Source: Octopus sinensis (lineage: Eukaryota). From it: a stretch of 64,000 nucleotides of DNA. Made by a program: the position numbers and the translations under genes. Below are positions 52,121-64,000 of this stretch, in pieces. The number at the start of each line of letters is the position of its first letter. Within the stretch, counting starts at the first letter, position 1. The notes beneath the pieces are model-generated. The model worked only from the letters and a program-made list of their open reading frames with translations, had not been told where the DNA came from and did no database searches. The stretch lies in assembly GCF_006345805.1 (NCBI RefSeq), contig NC_043010.1, forward strand, positions 50,282,001 to 50,346,000. The letters run 5' to 3'.

Positions 52121-54445
52121 CTGTAAAAGTGTGGAAAAGAAAAAAGCAAAAATAACTAAAACATAGAATAAAGAAGATAAAAATATATTATTGTCGCTTA
52201 CCAAAAATGTTCCATTAAAATTTATTATAATTTCTTAAGAAATTGTTAATGATTACATTCAAAGAGTTCACTTGATCAAATAGATTATGAATAAGTAATA
52301 TGGTTTGATCTAATTAATTGTAATTAATGCATAAATCAAAATAATTCAATGAGAGAAGGAGAGGTGGAGAGTGGAGAGTATTTAGGTCGTTTAAGGGCAA
52401 ATAGAAATTATAATTTTATAATTTAATTAAAACAACCTGAAATTATTTCTTCATAAAAAGCAACAACTAAACTCTTCAATTTCAAAAAACTTTATATCTA
52501 ATTATACATTTATTTATTTATCTATTTATTCATTTATCTAGTTATTTATTTATTTATTGCTATTTCTTACTTTACAGAATTTTATGACTGAAGAAGGAAT
52601 TGAATAAAGAAAAAGACAAAAATAAATTAAAGGTGAGAAAGTGAGAGAGTGAGAGAGAGACAGGGTGAGAGAGGGAGAGAAAGAAAGAAAGACAGATGAA
52701 ATTGGTTTTCAATTTTGCCAAATTATTATTTGGCTTTTATTTATTTTTATCATTTTTATCTCAAATATTTATTGCATTTATTTTATATTATATGTTGACT
52801 CATTTGCTCAATAAATATAAATTATTGTTAAAAATCATATCTTACAGCTTTTTTTTTTTTATTAATTGATTAAGAAGAGTACATAGAGAACATACAAGAC
52901 TTTACTTTGGATACATTCAAGATTCCATATTTAAATACAAAGAAAAAAATTAAAGAAATCAAAGCAAAATAAATAAATATATAAATCTAATAATAATAAT
53001 AATAATAATAATAATGATAATAATACAACTTTCTGAGAGGCAAAAATTAATCATTTTTCACTTTTAATCACAACCTACCAGCAATCAATCATGATTCTTA
53101 TTTATTTTGTAAAAGAAATAAAATGTTGCAAATAATGATATTAATCAAAGCTATATGGTAAAAGTCAGCAAGACCAAGAGAATTAAATGTATGATAGGAG
53201 GACCTAACAGTCTAAGAATTAGATATAAATATAGTCTCAGAAATAGATATAAATATAATCAAAGAAATAGATGTAAATAAATTATTGATAAAATTGTGTA
53301 ACAAAATTTTAACTTTTTTTTTGTCTTTGGTCAGTAAGTGTTATTTCCTATTTGCTTCTATTCAGAAATCAAAGGAAATCACTTCTGCACCTTCCAAACT
53401 TTGCTTTTGTGACCTGGACATCAATGTCTTGAAACTAACTTATTTCCCATTACATTTCACAGACGGATTCAGTGCTGAGATGCTGAATCAGAAATATTGT
53501 TATAGCAAAATATTCTGCTCAACACCACAGATTTGCCTGACCATTTGAGCATATCCCTTAGTAGCTGACAATATGTGCAATTCTGATCATGAGCAGGAGT
53601 AGTCAGGGAGCATCATAACCATGTGTTGAGAGGGATTCATTGGGGTTTGAATAAATGTAAGGAAAGCAAAGTTTGAAGGAAATATTAGCCATTTTTCATA
53701 CTTTCTAGGGATAAGAAAATAGGAAATAACAATTGCTTTCCAAGGACAAAAATCAGGTTACATAGTGTAATCATATTAGGTCTTTTTGTTCATAAAGTAT
53801 GACTCCATTAAATATTTCATTTTAGAGAGTACATAATCTTTAAGGTTTGTTTTCACTACCATATCATTTTATCAGTTCTATGATTAACAATTATAACTCA
53901 TTAACCATTTCATGACCATATCTGTAATGAGATGCACTGCCTTATTGTTTTAGAGTTTCAGTAAATTTTATGAAAATAATCAAGAATTTGGTGAAATTTG
54001 GTAAAATAACAATTTTTTTCATTAATAATCTGGGGTTTGGGATAATAAATTTAATATAATTAAAGCTTCTTTACATAAGGTACAGGTATTGCTGAGAGGC
54101 TAAGAAGCTAAGAAGCTTGCTTTGCAACCATGGGATGTCAGGTTCAGTCCTGCTGTGCAGCATGTTGGGCAAGTGTCTTTTACTACAGCTCTGGGACAAC
54201 CAATGCCTTGTGAAGGAATTTGTGTGGAAACTTATTGTATATATGTGCGTACTTAGAGATAAGTAGTAGAGTCAATTTGTTTTCAACTAAACCCGTCATT
54301 GTGGTGCTCTAGCATGGCAGTTGTCCAATGACTGAAACAAGTAAAAGATAAATAACCAAAAATATTATCAAATAAATCCTTCTGTCTTTTAAGATGACAG
54401 AGTCATGATTTAAGAGAATTTAGCTGCTGTTTCTAACATCTAGGG

Positions 54446-54777
54446 TAGTGGTTTTCAACTGGGGTCAATATACGATTTTTTGGGGTCCACGTAATAAAAA
54501 AATATATTGAGGATCCACAGTAGTATTTTAAGGGCCATGAAAAGAGATGTTTTAGATGTATGTATTGGTGTTTATTCCAAAAAACAGCTAGGTTTCTTTC
54601 TCTAACATTGTACTTAGTTTAATATGCAGAAGTTAATGAGTAGAAAACAAAATAAGTATTTTGAAAGAACTTTCTATCAAACTCATTTTTAAACCTTGAA
54701 TGGCTTGGGGATGGGGTCTACCTCAATAAAATAGTAATTAAAGAAGTCAATAGGTAAAAAATGCTTGGGAACCCCTG
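54446..54777. mobile_element. hAT-type MITE
   Basis: tagtggttttcaac ... ttgggaacccctg termini flanked by an 8-bp TSD atctaggg/atctagag. Confidence 0.7.
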
Positions 54778-55104
54778 ATCTAGAGAGACCATGTAGAGCT
54801 GTTTGGTTAACTTGTTGGCCTGTGCATTTTACTGTATTCTGCTTTCTAGCAGTATTGAGCTGTACCACTTTATGGTACATGTTTACAGCCATGAGGACTT
54901 GTCTATTTAATGACCTGACCGAGGGATACAATGCAACATCAGTGACAAAGCTAATACTTGCTGACTCCTCTTCATCAACTACAACATTAATTCAGCCACC
55001 TGAAAGCTTTATAATGTTAGTAATAATACGACAGACATAACAGCTTCAAAATCTTTTCACCCATAGACTAAAGAAAAACAATAAACAATAAAAAAATTTG
55101 GAAA

Positions 55105-55170
<66 letters not shown>

Positions 55171-55267
55171 CATACACATATACATACATACACACATACA
55201 TACATACATACATACATACATACATACATACATACATACATACGTACATACATATATGCATGTATAT

Positions 55268-55300
<33 letters not shown>

Positions 55301-55308
55301 GTATGTAT

Positions 55309-55715
55309 CAGGGATGTGCCGTCTAGGTAGGTAAAGTAGGCAGTGCCTACCTTGGATAAAATAGATCGATGGCAGCATTTTCCTTTCATGGCAAAATATG
55401 AACCTAATTCAATAAAAGCATGAAGCTTACTCTGCTTACTATGTATAAAATGCAAAATATTTTATTTTTTTATAGATTAGGTAGACATAATTCATCCCAA
55501 CTTTTCAATCTCAGTATTTAAGCTACACATAATACTGCTGTAGCATACATTCTGCGTACACTCCTACAAAAACGTTTTCTTTATGTGCTGTGAAGGTAGA
55601 AGTAAATCTGCCTACAACTCAGTTGCATGCCTGTCTTTCACTTATTTTTTGAGTGTTTTTCTACATAAAGGTGACAAACTGCCTACCCTGAGTAATTACT
55701 AACGACACGTGCCTG
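55309..55715. mobile_element. MITE with 14-bp TIRs
   Basis: cagggatgtgccgt ... acgacacgtgcctg, inserted in TA-rich repeats. Confidence 0.55.
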
Positions 55716-57139
55716 ATACATATGTATGTATATATATGTAAGTGTATGTGTATATAAATATATATATATGTGTGTACATATAAATACATGCATCTTAAAC
55801 AGATTGCATAAATACTTACTTTCTACAAATGTTTTTCAAATTTAAAAAATAGATGTTAAAATTTTTTCATCAATGCATTTTTTTAAAGTGTTTGTTTATA
55901 CAAAATTCTCGAGTCATGCAAATAAACAGTGATGAAATAGAATATAATGAAGTTTAAATGTAAAAAATTCCAGAATAGAAAAAATAGTAATAAAAAAAGA
56001 AGGAAAACAGGGAAAAGGTTGTTGGGTAGGAAGCCGTTCTTGTCAGCCATTCAACCATGCTAGGGGGACAAAACTCATGGAAAAGTTCATTAGTTTAGGT
56101 GAATGAGGCAGAAGGGGAAAAAAGAAGGAAGACCAGTACGAAGCATGTAGACCCCTTATGAAGTTCAATTAAAACAAAAAAGTAAATGACTTTTTAATGT
56201 AAATTCTTAAAAAAATCTTTGTAGAATGAAGGCAATTTTTTTTTTTGGTAAATAAATAAAATAAAACGCTTTATTTTGGGACTACGTTTATTTAATGTTG
56301 TCTTTTAACATACACATTAATCTACAGCTAACTGATCATAAAATTTGTAGTATTTTAAATTAGATCATTTAGTCTAGTTTTAAACCAAAATATGTTTTGC
56401 TTTATCCAAGCAACAACATATTTCAGTAATTTTTTTTTTCTGATTATCCTTTTCTTGAATTTCTTATTGATATACAAAACATCTTACTGTGATTTATATA
56501 TAAAACTTATTATTATGTCTCATATAAAATAAATTATAGATAATGTGTATGTATGTATGTATGTATGTATGTATGGGTATGTGTGTTTGCATATTTAAAC
56601 ATGTAGTGTACTTTGGTGGACAGTTAATACAAGGGAAATAATCATTTCTTCTTAAAATTTGGTAGAAAGAGAAGTTTGAATTTGAAATAAGAAATAATGA
56701 AAAAAACGCATAAAATACACAATACAAAACTTATCAGAGTGTCTCATATAAAATATATACATATATTAGATACATACATACATATATATATATATAATAT
56801 ATATATATATATTAAACAGGTAGTATCTCTTAGAGACAGTTAAGTGAGGGGAGATAATCATTTCTTCATAATTAGTGAGATTAGAATTTTGAATTTGAAA
56901 TTAAGGAATTATGAAAATGATGCTTACAGTGAACATTTATAAGATTTTTATGTTACTTAATTACTATGGAGTCCTTAAATTTTCTAGTCTGTGGTAAACA
57001 TGTATAGCACTTTTTAACATTTTCATCCCTATAGATAACATAAATACCAACTGTTATAAGTGCTATACAGCTCCCTTATATTTGCCAATAAGTAAGAGAA
57101 ACTCTAACAACAACAATAATATATTCAGTAGTTTTTGTT

Positions 57140-58140
57140 GATTGAAAAAGTATGAATTAGCAAACCTAAAAAGAAGAACTAGGAAGGAATTCAACATGAA
57201 TGGAGGATTTCATCCTAGAGCAGGAGCAGCAAGGTGGTGGAGGTTTAATATCAGTAGAAGACTATGTGGAATTAGCTAGAGTACATACAGCCTCTAATGG
57301 TGAGGCTGTATTATTATTTTATTTAGAGCTGTTAGTGCAACAGTAGGAGATAGGGAAACCAAAAGGCCAAATGTAGTTAAAAAACCAGAAAAAAGAAACA
57401 AGATTTTCTGACTGGCAAGAAAAAGCTTTGCATGGTAAATTTCCAAAGATAGTTGCAGGAAATAATAATAGTGAGACATGATTGTGGTTTCAGAAAGGAA
57501 GGTTGAAAAGGGAGGCAGAAAGTTTATTAGTAGCAGTACAAGATCAGGCATTGAGGATAACAAGGTAAAAGCTAGGAGAGACAAAATTCATATAGATTGC
57601 CAATGTAGGTTATGTAAATCAAAGGAAGTTAGTAATTGTAGTATGCTGGCACAGAAGAATACAAGAACAGACATGACAACCTAGGGAGAATAATCCACTG
57701 GGAATTATGTAGAAAGCTAGAATTTGACCATTCTGAAAAGTGGTATGAATATGAACTTTATCAAGTGCTAGAAAGTAAGAAATATAAGATGTTATAGGAT
57801 TTTAACATTCAGACTGACAAAATAACAGAATAACAGAAGCTAGAAGACCTGATTTAGTAGCAGTAGGCAAAGAGAATAGATATTGACTTTACAGTCTCAA
57901 ATGACGAGAAAGTTAATATGAGAGGTCTAGAGAAAAACATAACAAAGTACCAAAATTTAGCTATTGAGTTAAAATGCATCCTTGTAGTTATAGGCGTATT
58001 AGAAACTATTCCTAAGGATTTGAATTGATGGATAGAGGAAACAGATCTAAAACCTAGTTTAGTGATACTCCAGAAAACAGTATTATTATAGGCAGCTAGG
58101 GTCCTTACAAAGGTTCTAGACATCTAAGGTTACTTGTAGC
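57140..58140 (+). mobile_element. Decayed non-LTR retrotransposon 3' half (REL-endonuclease type, R4/Dong-like)
   Basis: GGFHPR, CRLCK zinc-knuckle region, IHWELC, DFNIQTD, QKTVLL.AARVL.KVL motifs across frames. Confidence 0.75.
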
Positions 58141-58189
58141 TTGATATTAGGAATTTTTTCAACAATCTAATCTATAGTGCATTTAACAA

Positions 58190-59350
58190 GACATACTGAC
58201 AGATAAAGGGCATGGCTATCGGTACAAAATTCGCACCTTCATATGCCAACCTGGTGATGGGATTCCTTAAGAACAAACTATATGATGAAATAGGGAAAGC
58301 CTTCGAACGCGACTTCAGAGAAGACATCAAGAAAAAGTGGAAACACTACCATGATGACTGCTTCATCTTTTGGAACAGATCAGGAGATCTACGAACATTC
58401 CACAACATCCTCAACATACTGCACCCATCCATCAACTTCACGATAGATACCAGCCACAACGAACTTCCCTTCCTAGACATCAACATACACAACTCCATCA
58501 TCACAACAGACATCAACTGCCACCCATCCCACATAAAAAGAATCATCCCATATAGTATGGCAAGACGTATATGTAGCATAGTAACTGACTCACAAACACG
58601 CCAAATAAGACTAGATGAACTTAAAAACTCCCTACTAGAACAAAAATACCCACACAAAATAATAAAAAATGGAATCTCAAGAGCAATGAAACTAGACATG
58701 ACACAACTCAGAACTCCAAAAACGAAAAACAAAGAAAACATCATCCCTTTCATAAACACACATAACCCTGGAGTTACCAACATGTTTCAAATCATACATT
58801 CAAACTTACCAATAGTCCTACAAAGCCCCAAAATGGGAAACATATTAAACAAATATTGCATAAAAAACAGTAAATGACAAGACAAAAACCTGAAGAAACA
58901 ACTAACAAGAGCGAAATTCTCATCAGAAACTAAAACCAAATTCTTTGTAAAAGAGTGCGGAGATGGTAGATGTGGGATCTGCAGTAACACCACATATAAA
59001 TATATAGAGTGAGACAAACAAATTAAATTTAAGAGTGGTCACATATTCAAAATAAATGCAGACATGAACTGCAAGACGCAGAACGTAATATACAGCATAA
59101 CCTTCCCCACATGCAAGGAGAATTATATAGGCGAAACTGGAAATTCTTTATGCCAATAAGCTAGAATTCACCGACAACATGTCCAACAGGAGGAACTGTG
59201 AAAGATTCCACTGAGTAAACACCTAGATACATGTGGAGAAGGAAAATTTAAGATCTTTCCCTTCTACAAATATCCAAAGAACGACACCTCCTTCAGGAGA
59301 AATATAGAAAAATACTTCATAACAAAGTTCTCCCCCAAATTGAATGGCTG
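58190..59350 (+). mobile_element. Penelope-like retroelement fragment (RT plus GIY-YIG endonuclease), disrupted
   Basis: ORF 58212-58877 GMAIGTKFAPSYANLVMG..YHDDCFIFW..LPFLDI..HPSHIKRIIPYS; downstream NVIYSITFPTCKENYIGETG (GIY-YIG) with stop codons. Confidence 0.9.
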
Positions 59351-59559
59351 AAAATATTTCTATAAAAATTTGTACTAGATGAAGGACCAATTTTGTAAAG
59401 TAAATTGCATTAAACACACACACACACAGTACTACACATATGTACATATACATAAATAAAAACAATCTTTCATCCAGATTCTCCAACCCATGTCAGCATG
59501 GGAATCAAACATTGGATTGAAAGAACTGAACAGTGGTATAAATGTCAACACAATTATTT

Positions 59560-59899
59560 CTTCTTCCTCTCTTTCTTCTTTTTTCCCTTCTCAAGAGACA
59601 CCCCTTCCAGATACATAGGTACCCCCACACACACGCACATACACACACACACACACACTCACAAAACAATAATAAAAAGAAGTCCAGACAATTTTTTGAG
59701 AAGTGACATTTTGCCCCCCTTGAAGTGGCCAGCTGAGTTTGCCATTTCTAAAAGCCAAGAATCATTTACTATTGAAAGACTGACCAGTTGCAAAAATGTA
59801 AACACATATAACACATTCCTATTTCTCTCCTCCTCCTCCTTCCTTTCATTCCCCATTCCCATTTGACACTCTTTCAGATAGACACAACACACACACACA

Positions 59900-59937
<38 letters not shown>

Positions 59938-60170
59938 AGACAATGATAAAAACGAAATCCAGACAATTTTTTGAGCAGTGACATTTTGCCCCACTTAGAG
60001 TGACCAGCTGGGTTTGCCATTTCTAAAAGCCAAGAATCACTTACTATTGAAAGACTGACCAGCTGCAAAGATATCAACAATATTTTTTCTTCTTTCTCTC
60101 CTTCTTCTTCCTTTCCTTCTCTTTTTCTTTAACACTTCTTTCAGATACAAACACACACACACACGTGTGC
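59560..60170. repeat. Diverged tandem duplication with period about 275 bp, containing CA/CT microsatellites
   Basis: ccagacaattttttgag..gtgacattttgcccc..aaagccaagaatca..tgaaagactgaccag occurs at about 59684 and 59959. Confidence 0.85.
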
Positions 60171-60747
60171 TCTCTCTCACTTTCTCCCCATTCCTCTTGT
60201 ACTATCTTATATCTCTCCCCACCCCTACACACTCAATAATACTATAAAAAGAGACAAAATTCCTGCAAAAGTTCAATTTGAAAACTCTACTAGAGTGGAT
60301 GAAAGTGCTAATATATATGATTCATAAAAACATGCAACATACTAATAAATATCTGTAAATATAAAACTATCCAGATTTCTGAGTACCTCATTTCTTCTAA
60401 TATATAATACTTGTACATCATCTCCAAACCTTCTAATATGTTTATATATATATATTATATATATCACACACACAATACATATATATTATATATATATATA
60501 TATAAAATTATTAAGGGTAGAAATTGATATTTATCAATATTAGACCAGTGGTCTAGCATATTAAAAAGAATCCGAAGATTAAAATATTTATATATACCAA
60601 TTAAGGACTGAACACGAAAAGTGGACAGTCAACATGCTAATATAGACGTCAAATCGCATTCACCACAAAAGATTATGTTCTCAGATCAAACTCAACACAA
60701 AACCATAGCAATAAACAAGTGAAAAATATACGAAATAAAATAATTAC

Positions 60748-60812
60748 CCATGTACTAAATTAGTTTCAGCTGTTATTTTCCGCAAGGAAAACTGCAGCCA
60801 TCATCAGCATGG
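60748..60812 (-). ncRNA. Type-I hammerhead ribozyme (left arm, mirror copy, sense to unc-79)
   Basis: Exact reverse complement of 60959-61023. Confidence 0.8.
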
Positions 60813-60958
60813 TCCGTTATAAATGTAATTTGCTGGACTAGATGCAAACACGATACCGAAATATCGCGTGCTGGAGTTCAGCCTATTACTGAACTCCATG
60901 CACTCGATATTTCGGTATCGTGTTTGCATCTAGTCCAGCAAATTACATTTATAACGGA

Positions 60959-61023
60959 CCATGCTGATGATGGCTGCAGTTTTCCTTGCGGAAAATAACA
61001 GCTGAAACTAATTTAGTACATGG
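60959..61023 (+). ncRNA. Type-I hammerhead ribozyme (right arm of the 590-bp palindrome)
   Basis: CCATG-CTGATGA-t-GGCTG..TTTTCC-ttgc-GGAAAA..CAGCT-GAAACTA-att-TAGTA-CATGG. Confidence 0.82.
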
Positions 61024-61176
61024 GTAATTATTTTATTTCGTATATTTTCACTTGTTTATTGCTATGGTTTTGTGTTGAGTTTGATCTGAGAACATAATCT
61101 TTTGTGGTGAATGGCGATTTGACGTCTAATATCTAGCATGTTGACTGTCCACTTTTCGTGTTCAGTCCTTAATTGG

Positions 61177-61223
<47 letters not shown>

Positions 61224-62290
61224 CAAAATTATATATCTATATTTATAAAAGAGGCTTTGGGTCATATTGTGTGCACATTTTGCTATGCAGAGGTTGGCAG
61301 CCAGACCAGTGGTTGGATCGAGCTGAAAATTGACATAGAAGACGTGATGAGGCAGAGAATTGAGTAGGTTAACTTGCCATCTGGAAAGATGCGGTTGCTA
61401 TGGTGAGAAGAGTGATTTTTTTATCGATTCAAGGGGGCATCTAATCTAATCTATAAAATGAAGAAGGCGAACATTGATACAAATTGGCTTTTTGTGTAAA
61501 AAAGGGTCTAAATGGGGCTGGAAGGGGATTAAAATTTACAAGAGGGGGTAACTTGAGGTGAGAAATTGATTGGGAGACGTTTTGGGGTGCTACAGTGGTT
61601 GCGCTGCAGTGAAAAAAGATTTTATTGATTTTTGGGGACACTTGGGGGTCTAGATTGGACACCTTTTGCTTGATTTCAATCAAATTTCAACACGGTAAAG
61701 TAGAAGTGGATTTGTAATTTAAGCGCAGAAAATGGGTTTGAAATTTTGAAAATTAAGGCAAAACTTTTGAAGTTGAAAAAATTTCTCGTTTTTACATATT
61801 TTTGCCTTTTCTTTTTTATAGTTTTCATTTTTTCTTAAAGAAATTTACAGTTGCATGTAGCCCATGTTTAGAGCTTTCATTTGCTTGGTCAATCGTCGAA
61901 AAATTCCCAAAATAAGTACTAAATTTAACAAAGAAATCTTTTTATTCCTTATTTTTAATTGCTCAAATAGTGGCACATACAAAAGGCAAGTGTGCTTTCC
62001 GTTGTCACTGCCTGATATTTATGATTGATCTTCTAAAATATTTTCTTTCTCAACATACTCAAGATCTTTTGCTTTTTATAAATAGGAGAGAGATAGATAA
62101 ACATAGAGAGTAAGAGAATGCGAGGGAGAGCCCGAGAGAAAGGAAGAATAAAAGAGTGGCAAAGTGAGAGAGAAACAAAGAGGGAGAATGTAGTATTCAT
62201 TCTAATAGCCCTTTTGTCTTAATGATGTCAATCACACAGTAATTTCCCTTTGTTTAATGGTCATTTTCCTAGCATTTTTTTTTGATGGCC

Positions 62291-62353
62291 TGATAACTAA
62301 AGAGATGCCAGCATGGGTTTCCACCCCGACATCCAAAACTTAGAGTTTTATCA
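62291..62353 (+). pseudogene. Decayed hammerhead ribozyme
   Basis: Perfect stem I TGATAA/TTATCA enclosing CTAAAGA (G5A), stem II gatg..catc, and AAAAC (G12A)-ttaga-GTT. Confidence 0.5.
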
Positions 62354-62465
62354 TGACTGCTGAATAATTGCCACATACATATTATATTTACAGATAAAGT
62401 CCTCTATTTACATAATATCGAGTCTCTTTCATTCTTTTGTTGTCTCGCCATTTCTATCAATATAT

Positions 62466-62532
<67 letters not shown>

Positions 62533-62584
62533 TATATATAATGATAAATCTCAGAGCGAGTTATAAACGTAGCGGCAACACATT

Positions 62585-62842
62585 GTGACGTATATTTGCC
62601 ATTTGATATTGGCTAACCCCTAAGGGTGGATGCTACTGTAGTTTGTAGCACCAGGAAGACACCTCCTCCAGCTGGCTATAGACACACTTTCTGTGCCCTA
62701 TCAGTATTTGTGAAGGGAAATACTGATAGGGCACAGAAAGTGTGTCTATAGCCAGCTGGAGGAGGTGTCTTCCTGGGGTTACAAACTACAGTATCATCCA
62801 CCCTTAGGGGTTAGCCATATTCAAATGGCAAATATACGTCAC
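62585..62842. repeat. Palindrome, arms about 125 bp, 8-nt loop
   Basis: gtgacgtatatttgcc...cagtattt-gtgaaggg-aaatactg...ggcaaatatacgtcac. Confidence 0.93.
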
Positions 62843-62939
62843 TATATATATATATATATATTTACAATATATGTATATATACATATAAAATATACACACA
62901 TATATATACAGTATTTTTTTTTTGCTTTAGTTTCAGTTG

Positions 62940-63395
62940 ATAGTTGTGGCCATGCTGGTGCACCACCGTTTTGCTACACTGTCATTACTGAGCGCCTCCT
63001 CCAATATGTGGCACTTGGTGAAGAATGGAGTTTGATGCAGCTACCCTCATTTGCACCTCTTGCCATGAGGTAGGTTCATCTGGAACTTTCAACAGGAAGA
63101 TGTCCAGCTTTCATTTACAAATGCCTACATCTACTTTGTGCAAGTTCTTTAGGTTCTCTGGAAGAATATTAAAAAGCTGTGGGCCCCTGAAACCCAGGCT
63201 GTTGCAGTAGCTGGTCCTGATGGCATTTGCTGGGATTTTTGGCACTATGCAGTGTTGTCCTGTTCTGGCATTAGAGTAGCTTTCAATGCCAAAATTTGGC
63301 ACAATTCCTTCCAGGATCTTTCAGATGTATATTACTGCATACCTCTCCTGTCTTTTCTCCAGGGAGTAGAGTCTTAGCTGTTTCAACCTTTCTGA
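62940..63395 (-). mobile_element. CR1/L2-group LINE RT C-terminal fragment
   Basis: YSLEKRQERYAVIYI..ILEG..PN..NSLGFRGPQLFNILP..KLD.FL..VPDEP. Confidence 0.75.
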
Positions 63396-63411
63396 GTACA
63401 TATATATATAC

Positions 63412-63447
<36 letters not shown>

Positions 63448-63585
63448 TGTAGGCTCAAAACGTAAAAGACTTACTCATTTCCTGAGCGTTAAACTATACA
63501 TCTGTTTGTTGTTTATACACCCGCCTTCATCTTTTGTTCTGTTTTTTTTTGTAAATTCTAACTATATACAGTGTATGTATATATA

Positions 63586-63618
<33 letters not shown>

Positions 63619-63800
63619 AATACAATATATATATATACATATATATATTATATATATAAAATTATATATATGCATACATATATTATATATATAAAATTAT
63701 ATATATGCCTATATATATACATATATATATACATATACATATATATATTATATATATATATATTATATATACAATATATATATACAATATATATATATAT

Positions 63801-63834
<34 letters not shown>

Positions 63835-63940
63835 GTGTGTGTATATATATATATACATACAATATATATATAGATGAGATCAGATCCCACAAAAAGAAAA
63901 TATTAAGATATAATTAGTTACAATGCATATAAATACATAC

Positions 63941-63966
63941 CTTCCTCAGTGAGCATATGTAATAAT
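63941..63966 (-). CDS. unc79: Candidate 26-nt unc-79 microexon (LLHMLTEE)
   Basis: Strong acceptor (ttgctatttttcttag) and donor (aag|gtatgt); ends in phase 1, matching the exon starting at 52120; no homology support recognised. Confidence 0.55.
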
Positions 63967-64000
63967 CTAAGAAAAATAGCAAGTTTAACTTATATACTCT

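Larger units (their letters stand above)
60591..61182. repeat. Long palindrome, arms about 290 bp, 7-nt loop (60882-60888)
   Basis: Direct reverse-complement match with a few 1-nt differences; flanked by (TA)n. Confidence 0.95.

Noticed and set aside
54689-55040. Overlapping short ORFs as a possible unc-79 exon
   Set aside because: The apparent acceptor gives early stops in all three frames, the ORF runs into a hAT MITE, and there is no recognisable UNC79 similarity
60748-61023. Viroid- or obelisk-like element with ribozymes in both polarities
   Set aside because: The two ribozymes are exact mirror copies from an inverted duplication; there is no ORF or direct terminal repeat indicating a circular replicon

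Overview
AT-rich, repeat-dense eukaryotic genomic DNA. The SINE families and (TA)n/(CAT)n/(TAA)n microsatellites suggest an octopus or other coleoid cephalopod, which is an inference. The window lies inside one large minus-strand gene, an unc-79 orthologue (NALCN sodium-leak channel complex scaffold). I reconstructed 23 GT-AG exons from 63966 down to 8866 (22 well supported plus a candidate 26-nt microexon) that splice in consistent phase into about 1,143 codons of the C-terminal half. The start and the final exon(s) appear to lie outside the window. Introns carry several SINE families, decayed RTE, REL-endonuclease (R4/Dong-like), Tx1/L1-like and CR1-group LINEs, a Penelope-like element (RT + GIY-YIG), a Helitron helicase relic, hAT and piggyBac-like MITEs and a tRNA-Lys pseudogene. 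The most striking unannotated signal, read by eye, is about 10 type-I hammerhead ribozyme motifs of the Penelope pseudo-LTR kind. Two with intact cores are in sense orientation within one 2-kb unc-79 intron. Two palindromes each hold a hammerhead paired with its own antisense copy. An inverted TE pair also brackets an 813-nt frame-preserving two-exon cassette. No database search or folding program was run, and repeat boundaries are approximate.
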